A stretch of 64,000 nt of DNA from Acidimicrobiaceae bacterium (GCA_040381935.1 JBEIGJ010000001.1:32895-96894); one strand, 5' to 3'; positions 17,199 to 27,286 are shown, counted from the first letter of the stretch. Notes: generated by a model not told the origin, from the sequence alone. Made by a program: numbers and translations.

Positions 17199-17867
17199 GT
17201 GCCCACCACCGATTGGAACCGCTTGCTCCGTTCAGAATTCGACGAGCCCTATTGGAAAGAACTTCAGGATTTCGTGGCTAACGAACGTCGGATGGGACCG
17301 GTGTACCCGCCGGCTGGGGACGTTTTTGCTGCACTGCACCTCACCTCTTTTGCCGATACCAAAGTGGTGCTACTCGGTCAGGATCCTTATCACGGTCCGC
17401 GCCAGGCTCACGGACTGTGTTTTTCGGTTCGTCGCGGACAGCCCCTACCCCCCTCATTGCGCAATATCTTTCGGGAACTGCACAGTGATCTTGGCTGTCC
17501 CATCTCGGCCCATGGTTGTTTGGAAAAGTGGGCCCAAAACGGCGTGCTCCTTTTGAACACCACGCTCACCGTCCGTGCCGGTCAGGCAGCATCACATCAG
17601 GGTCGTGGCTGGGAGAAGTTCACCGACCGGGTCATTCGTTGTGTGGCTGAGAAGGATGAACATGTGGTGTTCATTCTCTGGGGAGCACCATCGCGTAAGA
17701 AGCGCAGCTTGATCGATCCTGCCCGGCATTCAATTATCGAGTCTGCGCATCCCTCGCCGCTCTCGGCCCACAATGGGTTCTTCGGATCCCGGCCGTTCTC
17801 TCGAGCCAATGAAGCGCTCGTGAGTCACGGCCAGGATCCGGTGAACTGGTGTCTGGATCAAGACTGA
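17199..17867 (+). CDS. ung: Uracil-DNA glycosylase, family 1
   Basis: Water-activating loop GQDPYH and the HPSPLSA leucine-loop motif. Confidence 0.95.
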   Translation: MPTTDWNRLLRSEFDEPYWKELQDFVANERRMGPVYPPAGDVFAALHLTSFADTKVVLLGQDPYHGPRQAHGLCFSVRRGQPLPPSLRNIFRELHSDLGCPISAHGCLEKWAQNGVLLLNTTLTVRAGQAASHQGRGWEKFTDRVIRCVAEKDEHVVFILWGAPSRKKRSLIDPARHSIIESAHPSPLSAHNGFFGSRPFSRANEALVSHGQDPVNWCLDQD

Positions 17868-17887
17868 TGCCTTACCGGACCGACGGA

Positions 17888-19621
17888 TCAGCCAGCTGGA
17901 CTCGGGTAGCTCTTGGGCTCTTCACCCGGCGGTGGAGCGTCGTAGACGCCGACTGCTCCCTCGGTGATGAAGAGACGATCTTCGGTTCCCCATTCACCAG
18001 GTAGGTAGCGTTTACCGCCGTCAGGGAAAACCAGAATTCCCTTTCCAGGCTTCCGATTTTCGTCCGGACCTTCCGCTTGCGCGTCCCACCAAAAGAGCGT
18101 GGCGTCATCGATGCCGTTGTAGTCCATCTCGTCCCAGATACCTTGCTCTCCCCAAGTCAACCAGGGCTGACTAATCGCTTTCACCGTCTCGAAGCCACGA
18201 ATAGCTGCGGCAAAAGTAGTTGGATTGAGATCCGGTCCGGTGCTCTGCAAAGCCGAGAACAACAGCTGGAAACCGGGCATGAAAACGCCGATCGACTCAT
18301 CCGCCGGGGGCTCTTGTCCGTTGAACCATTTATAGACCGAGTAGATGCCACTGATTTCCGGGTTCACTCGTACCGCAAGACTGGTGACGCCAAATGCGTG
18401 GGCCCACTGTTGCTGGTCATACGAACGACCAAATGCCGTGGTGTCAGTCAATGTCGCCGCTGCTACCAGCCACTCAGGGAAATACTCCTGAGCGGTGGCC
18501 TCCCGGGTGAAATCACGAGGTGCCACCGGATCGGTGGACAAGATGACCGTCGTAACTCCGGCAGCTTTGAGCTTGGCAATGACTTGGGACGCAGTTTGTT
18601 GAATGCTGCCGGGATCCAAAACGTAGGGCAATACCTCGACGGGCCTAGCTCCGACTGCGTCTAGTTTGGCCACCATTTCATCGGCGAGCACCTTGGACTC
18701 AGAACTTCCTTCGACATAGACATAGCCAAATGTGCGCACCGTGTCGGTGAATTGATCTCCAGCATGAATCGCTGGCTTACCCACCAGTTGCTTGCCGATG
18801 AATTCAGCAACATGAACTTGCTTTTGTGCTGCACTTCCATCGATACCCCACACGAAGGGATCGCGTTCGGCGAACCATGAGGCGCTGCCACTTCCACATG
18901 AAATACAGACAACTTCTCGTGCCGCCAATTCGTCAGCAAAAGCATTCGTCAGCGCTGGACCCCCCACGACTACAAAGGGATTGAGTTCTTCAACGATGCG
19001 CTGAGCATCGGCGCGCGCTGTCACTTCATCATTGGCCAACCCCGTACTTTCGTAGCGAACAACCTCAATGGATCGTCCATAGAACTCGTAGTACCGCTCG
19101 AAATACGGAATCAAATTGGCAACAGTGTCAAACTCTTGAGCGTTGGTGTCATCGACTTTGACTGCATCGGTGATGTAGTTGATGATTGGATCATTTTCTG
19201 GCCCTTGATAATGAACAATGGTGATCGTGTCGGCCGTGACACCAGTACTGGTCGCGCCGCCATTGTCACCGCTGAACGGAGCCATGCAAAATGGGGCAAA
19301 GTAATCCACTACCGCTAACCGCCCGCGTTCGACATCACATCGATCTCCCCAGTCAATGGTGTCGACAATGCCCAATTCTTCGGCTTGCGGAAATGAGAGT
19401 GGGTAGGTCCATGAGCCATCATCAGTTTCAGGAGTCGACGACGTCGATTCAGTAGGTGTCGTCGGTGTCGATGACTCCTCATCTCCGCCTCCTGATGTGG
19501 CAATGACGGCAATCACTCCCACAATCAGAACCACGATGACTCCGATCGGCCCCCATTTCCTGAGTGCCCCAGACGAGCCCCCTCCTCTACTTCCTGGATT
19601 TGCGCTGCTTGCAGGTTGCAT
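17888..19621 (-). CDS. ABC transporter substrate-binding protein (Liv/type-1 periplasmic binding fold), membrane-anchored
   Basis: N-terminal anchor WGPIGVIVVLIVGVIAVIATSGGG, a Ser/Thr/Pro/Glu-rich linker, then a soluble domain of about 480 aa. It is the last gene of the operon, 2 nt after the ATPase fusion gene. It is unusually long for this family. Confidence 0.75.
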   Translation of the reverse strand: MQPASSANPGSRGGGSSGALRKWGPIGVIVVLIVGVIAVIATSGGGDEESSTPTTPTESTSSTPETDDGSWTYPLSFPQAEELGIVDTIDWGDRCDVERGRLAVVDYFAPFCMAPFSGDNGGATSTGVTADTITIVHYQGPENDPIINYITDAVKVDDTNAQEFDTVANLIPYFERYYEFYGRSIEVVRYESTGLANDEVTARADAQRIVEELNPFVVVGGPALTNAFADELAAREVVCISCGSGSASWFAERDPFVWGIDGSAAQKQVHVAEFIGKQLVGKPAIHAGDQFTDTVRTFGYVYVEGSSESKVLADEMVAKLDAVGARPVEVLPYVLDPGSIQQTASQVIAKLKAAGVTTVILSTDPVAPRDFTREATAQEYFPEWLVAAATLTDTTAFGRSYDQQQWAHAFGVTSLAVRVNPEISGIYSVYKWFNGQEPPADESIGVFMPGFQLLFSALQSTGPDLNPTTFAAAIRGFETVKAISQPWLTWGEQGIWDEMDYNGIDDATLFWWDAQAEGPDENRKPGKGILVFPDGGKRYLPGEWGTEDRLFITEGAVGVYDAPPPGEEPKSYPSPAG

Positions 19622-19623
19622 CT

Positions 19624-22572
19624 TTATCCCCCTTGCCCGGAACGGGCGATTGCGGCACTGGATGTACCGAGATATGACTCGATCACAATTGGATGGGCAA
19701 GAACCACCGAGGGTGTCCCAGTGGCGATCACCCGACCCTGATCAAGAGCTACCAATCGATCAGCGACCGACGAGATGAAAGGAATGTCGTGCTCGATAAT
19801 CACGATTGCTGATCCCATTTCGGAACGAAGCCGTTCGACCACCGGTGCCAAGGCTTCGACTTCTTTTTGCGCCAACCCGGACGATGGTTCATCGAGCAAA
19901 ATGACACTGGGGCGGTGTGCCACCAAACAGGCCAAGTCAACAATCCGGCGGGTTCCCGTCGACAACTCGCGGATGAACTTCCGCTCGAAATCGCCCAGGC
20001 CCAGTAACTCCACCAACTCATCGACACGCTTGGCAACGGAACTTTCCGCGTCGAAAGCCATCGGAAGATGCATCGCTGCCGCAAGTGCACTCTTATTGGT
20101 GACCCACCGCTCAAGCGATACCGACAATGTCTCGCGCACCGTGAGCTCGGGGAAAAGACGTGCATCTTGAAATGAGCGGCCAAGTCCCGCTGCCGCTCGA
20201 ATGTGCGGTGGAGACGAAGAAACATCCACGTGACCAACTTTGATTCGTCCGCCTTGGGTCGGGGTGAATCCGGAAATGATGTCGAACAGCGTTGTCTTAC
20301 CGGCACCATTAGGACCTATGACCCCGACGATTTCCTGAGAGCGGACGGTCAAGGACACATGATCGACGGCACGAATCCCACCAAAGACGGCTACGACGTC
20401 ATCGATCTGCAGCACCACGTCTTGTGATGGAGAAGACTCAGCGGGCGATCCATCCTGTTTTGCGTCCAGCTCGTCCACCAGAATCTCATGACCATCGGCA
20501 GCACCGGAGAGGAATACCGAGCGCAAAACATCTGGTCGCTCCAAGAGTTCAGCTGTTGGCCCCGAAAATCGGATTTCACCGCGCTCCAAGAAATATGCCC
20601 GGTCGGCGACAGTGAGTGCCACGTTCACACTTTGTTCCACCAGCACGACGGTGACTCCATCAGCCGCTAGACGCTGAATGACCGGAAGCATTTGGCCGAC
20701 TATGACGGGAGCGAGCCCCAAGGACAATTCGTCGATGAGGAGGACTCGGGGTCGCATGATGAAACTCATCGACAACGCCAACATTTGCTGCTGCCCGCCG
20801 GACAAATTGGCGGCTGGCTCGCTGAGACGGCTTTCCAAAATCGGGAACATCTCCATGATCTCAGAACGCGCTTGTGCCACATCTTTCGTACTACGCCGGT
20901 TGGTCCACCCTGCAAGTTCGAGGTTCTCCTTTACGGTGAGAGATCCGAATACTCCAGCTCCACCAGGCATCTGCACGATGCCCAAGGCCGCAATTTCATG
21001 AGGGGGAGCATGAGTGATATCACGACCATCAAAAATGATGGCCCCGCGTTCTGCTTCGACGGTACCGCTGATGGATTTCAGCAAAGTACTTTTACCCGCG
21101 CCGTTGGTACCGAGAAGAGCCACGATTTCGCCTTCTTCAAAATCCAGATTGACTCCCTGAATGACCATTCGACCGTCATAACCCGCATGAACTGCTCGAA
21201 GAAGAAGTAACTTCGCATGACCATGTTGCCGGTCATAGATCGCTTCAGATCGTGCCGCTGCTGATTGCCACACTTGGGTGATGTCTTCCATGATGACATC
21301 ACCGATGGAGCGCTGAATCAGCCCGCCGATGATGAACAACGGGATCATCACCAACATGCCGATGCGAATTGTGAATTGATCAGCCACCCAGCCGATCAGG
21401 GGAAGAACCCCGAGGCCAGGTATGACCCACAAGGAGGCAACAGAGAATCCCGTTGCTCGAACTCGCGGCGGTATCGCCAAAGACAAACCAGAAAAAATCG
21501 CCGGCGCAAGCACCGCCAACGCCGCTGAGATCACGCAGTTGACAGCTACCGCGAGATAGATGTTGGGCGCCAAGGCAAAAGCGGCAGACAAAAAGGCAGC
21601 AGCAATGGCGATCGTTCCACCGACGCGCGTCAATCCGGCCACATTGCCGGCATGTTTCTTAGAAATCCAACGCGCGCCGACAATCAGTCCCACGAGTTGG
21701 AACGGCTCGGCGATAGCTGCGGCCACGCCGCGAGCCCGCTCATCGAGACCAAATTCCTGTTCGTACAAGAGCGAAGCCAAAGTGACGAACCCGATCAGCC
21801 CAGTGGCCAGGAACGGCAAGCTGTACCAAATCCGCTTGAGGGATCGGACCTTGTGCACCGTACGCCAACTCTCGGAAAACGACGGCGGACTCTCCTCGGT
21901 CTCGCTGACTTCAGCACTGGAACCCGCGGCCAGGCGCTCCCACCGACCGCGAACCGGTTCTCGCATCTTGAGAGCGAGCAGGGCGAAGATCACCGTCGGA
22001 ACCATGAACACCAGAAATGGTGTTCGCCAGCCGAAATAGAATGCCAGGAGTCCTGCTGAGAGTGGGCCGACAAAACTCCCTACCGCATTCGCCGCCCGGT
22101 GAACCGAATACACCTTGGTACGCGTCTCGATCGGGTAGTAGTCGGCAATGAGTGAGTTGTGCGTCGGGTCAATCACCGCCTTGCCCAGCGATGAACCACT
22201 CCGGGCTACGGTCAAAACAATGAGACCGGCTGCCAGTCCGGTCAGTCCCGAAAAAACGGCCCAGACCAAAGCCCCTCCGGCTACAAGGGGGATCCGCGGC
22301 GATCGATCAGCCCACTGGGCGATAGGAACCTGCAAGGCCAGAGCCGCAACGCTGGCCAAAGCCACCAACCCCAGCATCGTGCTCAAATCGAGATCGAAAT
22401 GATCACGAATTTCGGGCAACAGAATCCCGAACGCTGCTCGGTCCAATTCATCGACAGCGTTCAATCCGAACAGGATCACCAGTGGGTAGGTGGCCTCCCC
22501 TCCACACAGACGCCGCAGGGCCACCAGCGGATGGAGCAGGACGGCAAATCGCGACGGTTGGCTATCAGTCAT
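19624..22572 (-). CDS. Fusion protein: N-terminal MFS-type 12-TM domain + LivF-like NBD + LivG-like NBD
   Basis: Residues 1 to about 440 are MFS-like (AFGILLPEI..., RSGSSLGKAVIDPTHNSLIADYY, many TM segments). NBD1: GTNGAGKST, LSGGQQQML, LLIDELSLGLAP. NBD2: GPNGAGKTT, LSTGTRR, ILLDEPSSGL, IIEHD. The start overlaps the permease stop (ATGA). Confidence 0.85.
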   Translation of the reverse strand: MTDSQPSRFAVLLHPLVALRRLCGGEATYPLVILFGLNAVDELDRAAFGILLPEIRDHFDLDLSTMLGLVALASVAALALQVPIAQWADRSPRIPLVAGGALVWAVFSGLTGLAAGLIVLTVARSGSSLGKAVIDPTHNSLIADYYPIETRTKVYSVHRAANAVGSFVGPLSAGLLAFYFGWRTPFLVFMVPTVIFALLALKMREPVRGRWERLAAGSSAEVSETEESPPSFSESWRTVHKVRSLKRIWYSLPFLATGLIGFVTLASLLYEQEFGLDERARGVAAAIAEPFQLVGLIVGARWISKKHAGNVAGLTRVGGTIAIAAAFLSAAFALAPNIYLAVAVNCVISAALAVLAPAIFSGLSLAIPPRVRATGFSVASLWVIPGLGVLPLIGWVADQFTIRIGMLVMIPLFIIGGLIQRSIGDVIMEDITQVWQSAAARSEAIYDRQHGHAKLLLLRAVHAGYDGRMVIQGVNLDFEEGEIVALLGTNGAGKSTLLKSISGTVEAERGAIIFDGRDITHAPPHEIAALGIVQMPGGAGVFGSLTVKENLELAGWTNRRSTKDVAQARSEIMEMFPILESRLSEPAANLSGGQQQMLALSMSFIMRPRVLLIDELSLGLAPVIVGQMLPVIQRLAADGVTVVLVEQSVNVALTVADRAYFLERGEIRFSGPTAELLERPDVLRSVFLSGAADGHEILVDELDAKQDGSPAESSPSQDVVLQIDDVVAVFGGIRAVDHVSLTVRSQEIVGVIGPNGAGKTTLFDIISGFTPTQGGRIKVGHVDVSSSPPHIRAAAGLGRSFQDARLFPELTVRETLSVSLERWVTNKSALAAAMHLPMAFDAESSVAKRVDELVELLGLGDFERKFIRELSTGTRRIVDLACLVAHRPSVILLDEPSSGLAQKEVEALAPVVERLRSEMGSAIVIIEHDIPFISSVADRLVALDQGRVIATGTPSVVLAHPIVIESYLGTSSAAIARSGQGG

Positions 22573-24722
22573 CTCAGACCCTTTGTACTCAACGCAGGAG
22601 CCGAGTCGTCGGCTGGAGTCTGCTCATTGGTCTCCATTGAACTTTCAGGGCCATGATTACTTCCACGGCTTTTCCGACTTTCAGCATTGACGTGAAGAGA
22701 TTCGATGCGGCGCGTCAATTCGTCACGGATACGGAAAATGAGAGCCGCAAGACCTCCGGGAAGAATCAAGAGCACCGCAAGAACTCCCACACCAGAGGAA
22801 AGGAATCTCCACTCCGCCGTGGTGACGAACCATTCCACACCGCGCAGGTAGACCGCTCCCAGTACCGCACCAAATGACGAGCCGAGTCCCCCAACGATTG
22901 ATGCAGTAAAGACGTCCAAACTGCGCCCGACTCCATAACTGCTCAGGTCGAAACTGAAGTTCAGATGAGCGAAGAGGCCGCCACCGATACCGGCAATGGC
23001 GCCAGAGATTGCAAAGGCCGTCAGTTTCACCATCGTGCCGGGAATCGCATACGACAAAGCAGTTCGCTCATTGTCTCGTAAGGCAACAATGGCTCGACCT
23101 GTTCGGCTTCGACGAATACCTCTCACTGCCACCAGCACAACCATCAGAATCATCAAACTGAACACGTAAAAGCGAGTGGGCGTCGAAATATCGACAAGGC
23201 CGAAGACCGGGAGGCGCTCGATGCGTTGATTCGGAATCCAGCTGAAAAACCGATCGTTCAGTAACCACGACGTGACGCTGAGAGAAAAGACCAATGTGGT
23301 CACCGCCAAATACAAACCCCGAAGCCGTAACGCTGGAAGACCCACGACGAAAGCAGCGAGAGCACCAGCCACTGCTCCAACTATCAACGCCAAGAGCAGA
23401 TCCATATTCCAAGTCGAGGTGCACTTTGCACTGACTGCAGCGCCAATGGCCACGAAACCGAATTGCCCCAAAGAGATTTGACCGGCCCAACCAGTGAGCA
23501 CGACCAGGGATAGTCCGATGATTGCATAGACCACGATCGCCGAGACTTTGATGATCTGGTCACTTCGAAGAATGACTGGAACCAAAATCAAACCGATTAC
23601 CAACAAAGACCACGCCCCCCATCGCAGGAGTCGGACCAATCCGAGACGGGCAACATCTGGGGCCAGGTCACGAACTTCATCGGCCAAACGCCACGACATC
23701 TGCACGTCTTGATCCAAACGGGTCGTCTCCCGCCGCTGCATGAGAAGTGCCATCATGACCGCAGCCCCGACAAAAGGGGCGACCAGAAGCGGACTGGAGG
23801 CATTCCACTGCACGCCGTACTCAAAGATGCCCAGTGCCACTGCCGCAATAGCCACTGTCGGCAGGTGCCGAAGCCGTCCAATGACCAAAGCCGCCAAGGC
23901 CAGCACCAACGTCGATAATGACAATGCACTGCCCAGGGGAACCCCAAGTATTCCTGCTCGAAGAAACAAAGCGAGAAACGACAGAGCCGCAGCCAACATC
24001 CACACCACCGTGGACAGCCAACCCACCGGAATTCCCAGCAGTGCTGCTCGGTCACTGCGCTCAGCGGCAGCTCGGACTGCAGTACCAAGACTGGTTTGGG
24101 ACAAAAAAAGTCCAACTGCCAACATGGCCAATGGAGCAACGATGACCGCCATCAGATCGTTGGCATTCAAAATGAATGATCCAAGGGTCAATTTCCAGTC
24201 GAAGGGTGCAGGAATACGTTGCGAGGCCGCCGTCTCATCCCAGAGTTTGGGTATTTGCAGTGACAACACCGCCAAGAGTTGAGTAATGCCAATTGTGGCC
24301 ACGGTCAACACGAGTCGCGGTGATCGAACGAATCGACGAACCACGACCAACTCCACCAGTGCTCCGAGAACAATGGATGCCGCCAAACCGACGAACAAAC
24401 CAAAGGCGTAGGGAAGCCCAGAGAACACCACTAACCCAACAGCGAGAACAGTTGGTACGAAACCGAGATCGGCTTGGGCAAAGTTGATGACCCGATTGGC
24501 CCGATAGACCAAGGCCATTCCCACAGCCAAAAGCGCAGTCAAGAGGCCAATCACCGCTCCCCGAATCCAGGCCCCCGCAGGTACCCCGAAAAAGACCATT
24601 TGAACCACTATCAAACTGATAGCCGGTGCGAGCCGCACCACCAACGGCCATCCCGAGGTCACGATCCGATTCACAGTTGTCACGATGCCCCTATCGATCC
24701 CCCTTTGAATAGTTCTCGCCAC
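22569..24722 (-). CDS. Branched-chain amino acid (Liv/HAAT-type) ABC transporter permease, fused LivH-like + LivM-like
   Basis: 717-aa polytopic ORF, paralogous in layout to 281..2554. It is the first gene of a permease-ATPase-SBP chain. Confidence 0.85.
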   Translation of the reverse strand: MARTIQRGIDRGIVTTVNRIVTSGWPLVVRLAPAISLIVVQMVFFGVPAGAWIRGAVIGLLTALLAVGMALVYRANRVINFAQADLGFVPTVLAVGLVVFSGLPYAFGLFVGLAASIVLGALVELVVVRRFVRSPRLVLTVATIGITQLLAVLSLQIPKLWDETAASQRIPAPFDWKLTLGSFILNANDLMAVIVAPLAMLAVGLFLSQTSLGTAVRAAAERSDRAALLGIPVGWLSTVVWMLAAALSFLALFLRAGILGVPLGSALSLSTLVLALAALVIGRLRHLPTVAIAAVALGIFEYGVQWNASSPLLVAPFVGAAVMMALLMQRRETTRLDQDVQMSWRLADEVRDLAPDVARLGLVRLLRWGAWSLLVIGLILVPVILRSDQIIKVSAIVVYAIIGLSLVVLTGWAGQISLGQFGFVAIGAAVSAKCTSTWNMDLLLALIVGAVAGALAAFVVGLPALRLRGLYLAVTTLVFSLSVTSWLLNDRFFSWIPNQRIERLPVFGLVDISTPTRFYVFSLMILMVVLVAVRGIRRSRTGRAIVALRDNERTALSYAIPGTMVKLTAFAISGAIAGIGGGLFAHLNFSFDLSSYGVGRSLDVFTASIVGGLGSSFGAVLGAVYLRGVEWFVTTAEWRFLSSGVGVLAVLLILPGGLAALIFRIRDELTRRIESLHVNAESRKSRGSNHGPESSMETNEQTPADDSAPALSTKGLR

Positions 24723-24740
24723 GGTGGGTGGTGACTTGAT

Positions 24741-24765
24741 CTATCCAACAATTGTTTATGGATAG
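24741..24765. promoter_or_regulatory. Near-palindromic candidate operator in a divergent promoter region
   Basis: CTATCCAACAATTGTTTATGGATAG: arms CTATCCA/TGGATAG flank a self-complementary AACAATTGTT core. It lies in the 103-bp gap between the ABC operon (-) and the SRPBCC-sulfatase pair (+). Confidence 0.35.
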
Positions 24766-24825
24766 CACACCAGCGAAACACCGATATCACTGGCCACCCG
24801 ACTCAAGTAGCGACTCTGAAATGCC

Positions 24826-25278
24826 ATGGGCGAATCTTCTGTCAGGTGGTGTGTAACTACCGGTCAGAGTAGAGTTCCGTCGGTGGGAACGGTACGGCGC
24901 CAGATATTCATCGATGCCCCAGCCGACACCGTGTGGTCCCTGGTCGGCGACCCGGCCCGCCTCCATGAATGGTTTCCAATCACCGACTGCCACGTCGAGG
25001 GCGCCAAACGGTGGATCACCCTGGCCAGCGGTTTGCGCTTTGAAGAAGACATCATCACTCTTGACCATGTCCTTCGACGCTTTCAATATCGAATCGTCAA
25101 CAACCCGATCGTGGCCCACCATCTGGGCACCGTGGACGTCATCCCCGACGGGGACCATCGATGCCTGGTGGTGTACGGCACCGACGTTGATCCCGAGGTC
25201 ATGGCCCTGATCATCGGCGGCGCGGCCGGCGAAGGTCTCGAGCATCTGCACGAACTTTTCACTCCTGGGAGGTCCTGA
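24826..25278 (+). CDS. SRPBCC (START/polyketide cyclase-like) ligand-binding protein
   Basis: VRRQIFIDAPADTVWSLVGDPARLHEWFP is the typical SRPBCC N-terminal block. About 150 aa. The stop overlaps the sulfatase start (TGATG). Confidence 0.75.
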   Translation: MGESSVRWCVTTGQSRVPSVGTVRRQIFIDAPADTVWSLVGDPARLHEWFPITDCHVEGAKRWITLASGLRFEEDIITLDHVLRRFQYRIVNNPIVAHHLGTVDVIPDGDHRCLVVYGTDVDPEVMALIIGGAAGEGLEHLHELFTPGRS

Positions 25279-26831
25279 TGGGTCGGAAGATACTTTTCAT
25301 CACCACCGACCAACAGCGTTTCGATGCTTTGGGCTGTAACGGCGGAACAGTTGCCCGCACCCCCCACATTGATTCCTTGGCAGCCGAGGGCATCAATTTT
25401 CTGCGAGCCCATCCGCAAAGTGTGGTCTGCATGCCCTCACGCTCCACCATGATCACCGGACAGCATGTTGCGACCCATGGAGTGTGGATGAATGGCGTTC
25501 CGTTGCCCATTGATGCTCCCAGCGTGGCTACTACTCTGCACGATGCGGGATACGCCACCGCTCTCATCGGAAAAGCCCATTTCGAACCATTTCTTGATCC
25601 GTTCTTGCGGTTCACCGAAAATCGTCTTGCAGTAACGGGGCAACATCACGACTTCCATGATGGTCACCTACATCGCGGCTTCGATCATATGGAAACGGCA
25701 ACGCACGGAGCTGCGGGTTCTTTCCACTATGCACAGTGGATACTCAAGAACCATCCCGAAGCAATGGGCATGTTCTACCGAGTCCTCGATCAGGAACTCC
25801 AGGTCAATGCCGCCGGCGGCGGAGACACTGGGGCACCTCAGGCCCACCGCAATGACATTGCGCGCGAGTGGTACCACACCGATTGGGTGGCCGATCGCGC
25901 TATTGCTTGGCTGGACGCCCTCGATCAGGAACGTGACTGGTTCTGCTGGGTGAGTTTTCCCGATCCACACCACCCCTGGGATCCGCCCAGTTCGGAACTG
26001 CATCGGGTCCCCTGGCAAGACCTTGACCTTCCTGCTGGATATCCCGCTGATCGCCAGGAACGAGAAGCAATCTTGGACGATAAACCGCGTCACTGGCGGC
26101 AGTGGTACGAAGGCCAGTTCTATTCCAACTATGAAGCGCCAGCCCGGTGGGTTCCAAAAACCTTGACTGATGACCAAGTGCGCGAGATCAACGCCCTGAC
26201 TCATATCGAAAACGAATTGATCGACGAAGCGGTTGGCCGCATTCTTCGGCATATCGAGACCCGGGGCTGGCACAACGACACCGACATCATCTACTCCACT
26301 GATCATGGTGAGTTGCAGGGAGACTTCGGTCTACTTTTCAAAGGTCCTTATCATGTCGATGCTCTCATGCGTCTGCCGTTGATCTGGAAGCCGGCGCCAT
26401 CCGCCGGCGTGCAGTCGGCAACGGTGACCGCACCTGTTGGCCACGTTGCGCTTGCAGCCACGTTTTGTCATATTGCCGGACTTGCGCAACCAACGTATTG
26501 CGAATCAAAACGGCTGCCCATGGACGATGGTGAGGCTTCGGCTCTCGGACACGAACGTGTACTCACCGAATGGGACAGTGTGCTCTTTGGCAAAGAAGTC
26601 CGCTTGCGAACGATCTACCGCGACAATTGGGTGGCGACAACCTGTCTTGCAGGAACGGTGCATGATGGTTCAGAAGGAGAGCTCTACGACTTGGCGGCTG
26701 ACCCGCTGCAACGCGTGAATCTTTGGAATGACGCCTCCCATCGCGCCACTCGCGATGATCTCATTGCCGATCTTTGGGATCACTTGCCGACACCCAGTGG
26801 AGAGCCTCGGCAGGTCGATGCCCCAGTTTGA
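25278..26831 (+). CDS. Formylglycine-type (type I) sulfatase
   Basis: ILFITTDQQR...CMPSRSTMITG contains the C-x-P-x-R FGly motif. A later HGELQGD region fits the family. Confidence 0.88.
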   Translation: MGRKILFITTDQQRFDALGCNGGTVARTPHIDSLAAEGINFLRAHPQSVVCMPSRSTMITGQHVATHGVWMNGVPLPIDAPSVATTLHDAGYATALIGKAHFEPFLDPFLRFTENRLAVTGQHHDFHDGHLHRGFDHMETATHGAAGSFHYAQWILKNHPEAMGMFYRVLDQELQVNAAGGGDTGAPQAHRNDIAREWYHTDWVADRAIAWLDALDQERDWFCWVSFPDPHHPWDPPSSELHRVPWQDLDLPAGYPADRQEREAILDDKPRHWRQWYEGQFYSNYEAPARWVPKTLTDDQVREINALTHIENELIDEAVGRILRHIETRGWHNDTDIIYSTDHGELQGDFGLLFKGPYHVDALMRLPLIWKPAPSAGVQSATVTAPVGHVALAATFCHIAGLAQPTYCESKRLPMDDGEASALGHERVLTEWDSVLFGKEVRLRTIYRDNWVATTCLAGTVHDGSEGELYDLAADPLQRVNLWNDASHRATRDDLIADLWDHLPTPSGEPRQVDAPV

Positions 26832-26848
26832 ACCCGATTGCGCCGGAA

Positions 26849-27286
26849 TTAGATCGATGCCGGTGTACTGAGTACCCCACACAAACGATCGGCAAAAGTT
26901 TCGGCGTGCTGTTCAAGTTTTGCCCGGTGAAGGGCGAGACCGCCGATGACATCGGCTCCTAAGCCAGAAACCGCTCGGTCCATGGCATCAAGGGTACGTC
27001 CAGGATTCAAGGCAAAGGTACAAAACGTGGCCGCCTGTTTGCCGGCCAATGCCGGCAAAGCCCTGATGGCTCCAATACTCCACGGAGCCTGGCCGATCAG
27101 AAAGGCGCCGTGGACCCACGTGCCGATCAAAACGACATCGGCGCGTTGAATGGCCTGATGATCTGGCTGACGCAAGGCTTGTAAACCGGTGATCGTCCAG
27201 CCTTCTTGGGCGAGATTGCCGGCAATCAACTCGGCCGCCTTCCAGGTGTGACCGGTCAAACTCTCTACCAACAACGTTGCTTTCAT
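26849..27286 (-). CDS. Flavodoxin-like protein
   Basis: 145 aa. MKATLLVESLTGHTWKAAELIA plus ADVVLIGTWVHG resembles the flavodoxin fold. Confidence 0.6.
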   Translation of the reverse strand: MKATLLVESLTGHTWKAAELIAGNLAQEGWTITGLQALRQPDHQAIQRADVVLIGTWVHGAFLIGQAPWSIGAIRALPALAGKQAATFCTFALNPGRTLDAMDRAVSGLGADVIGGLALHRAKLEQHAETFADRLCGVLSTPASI

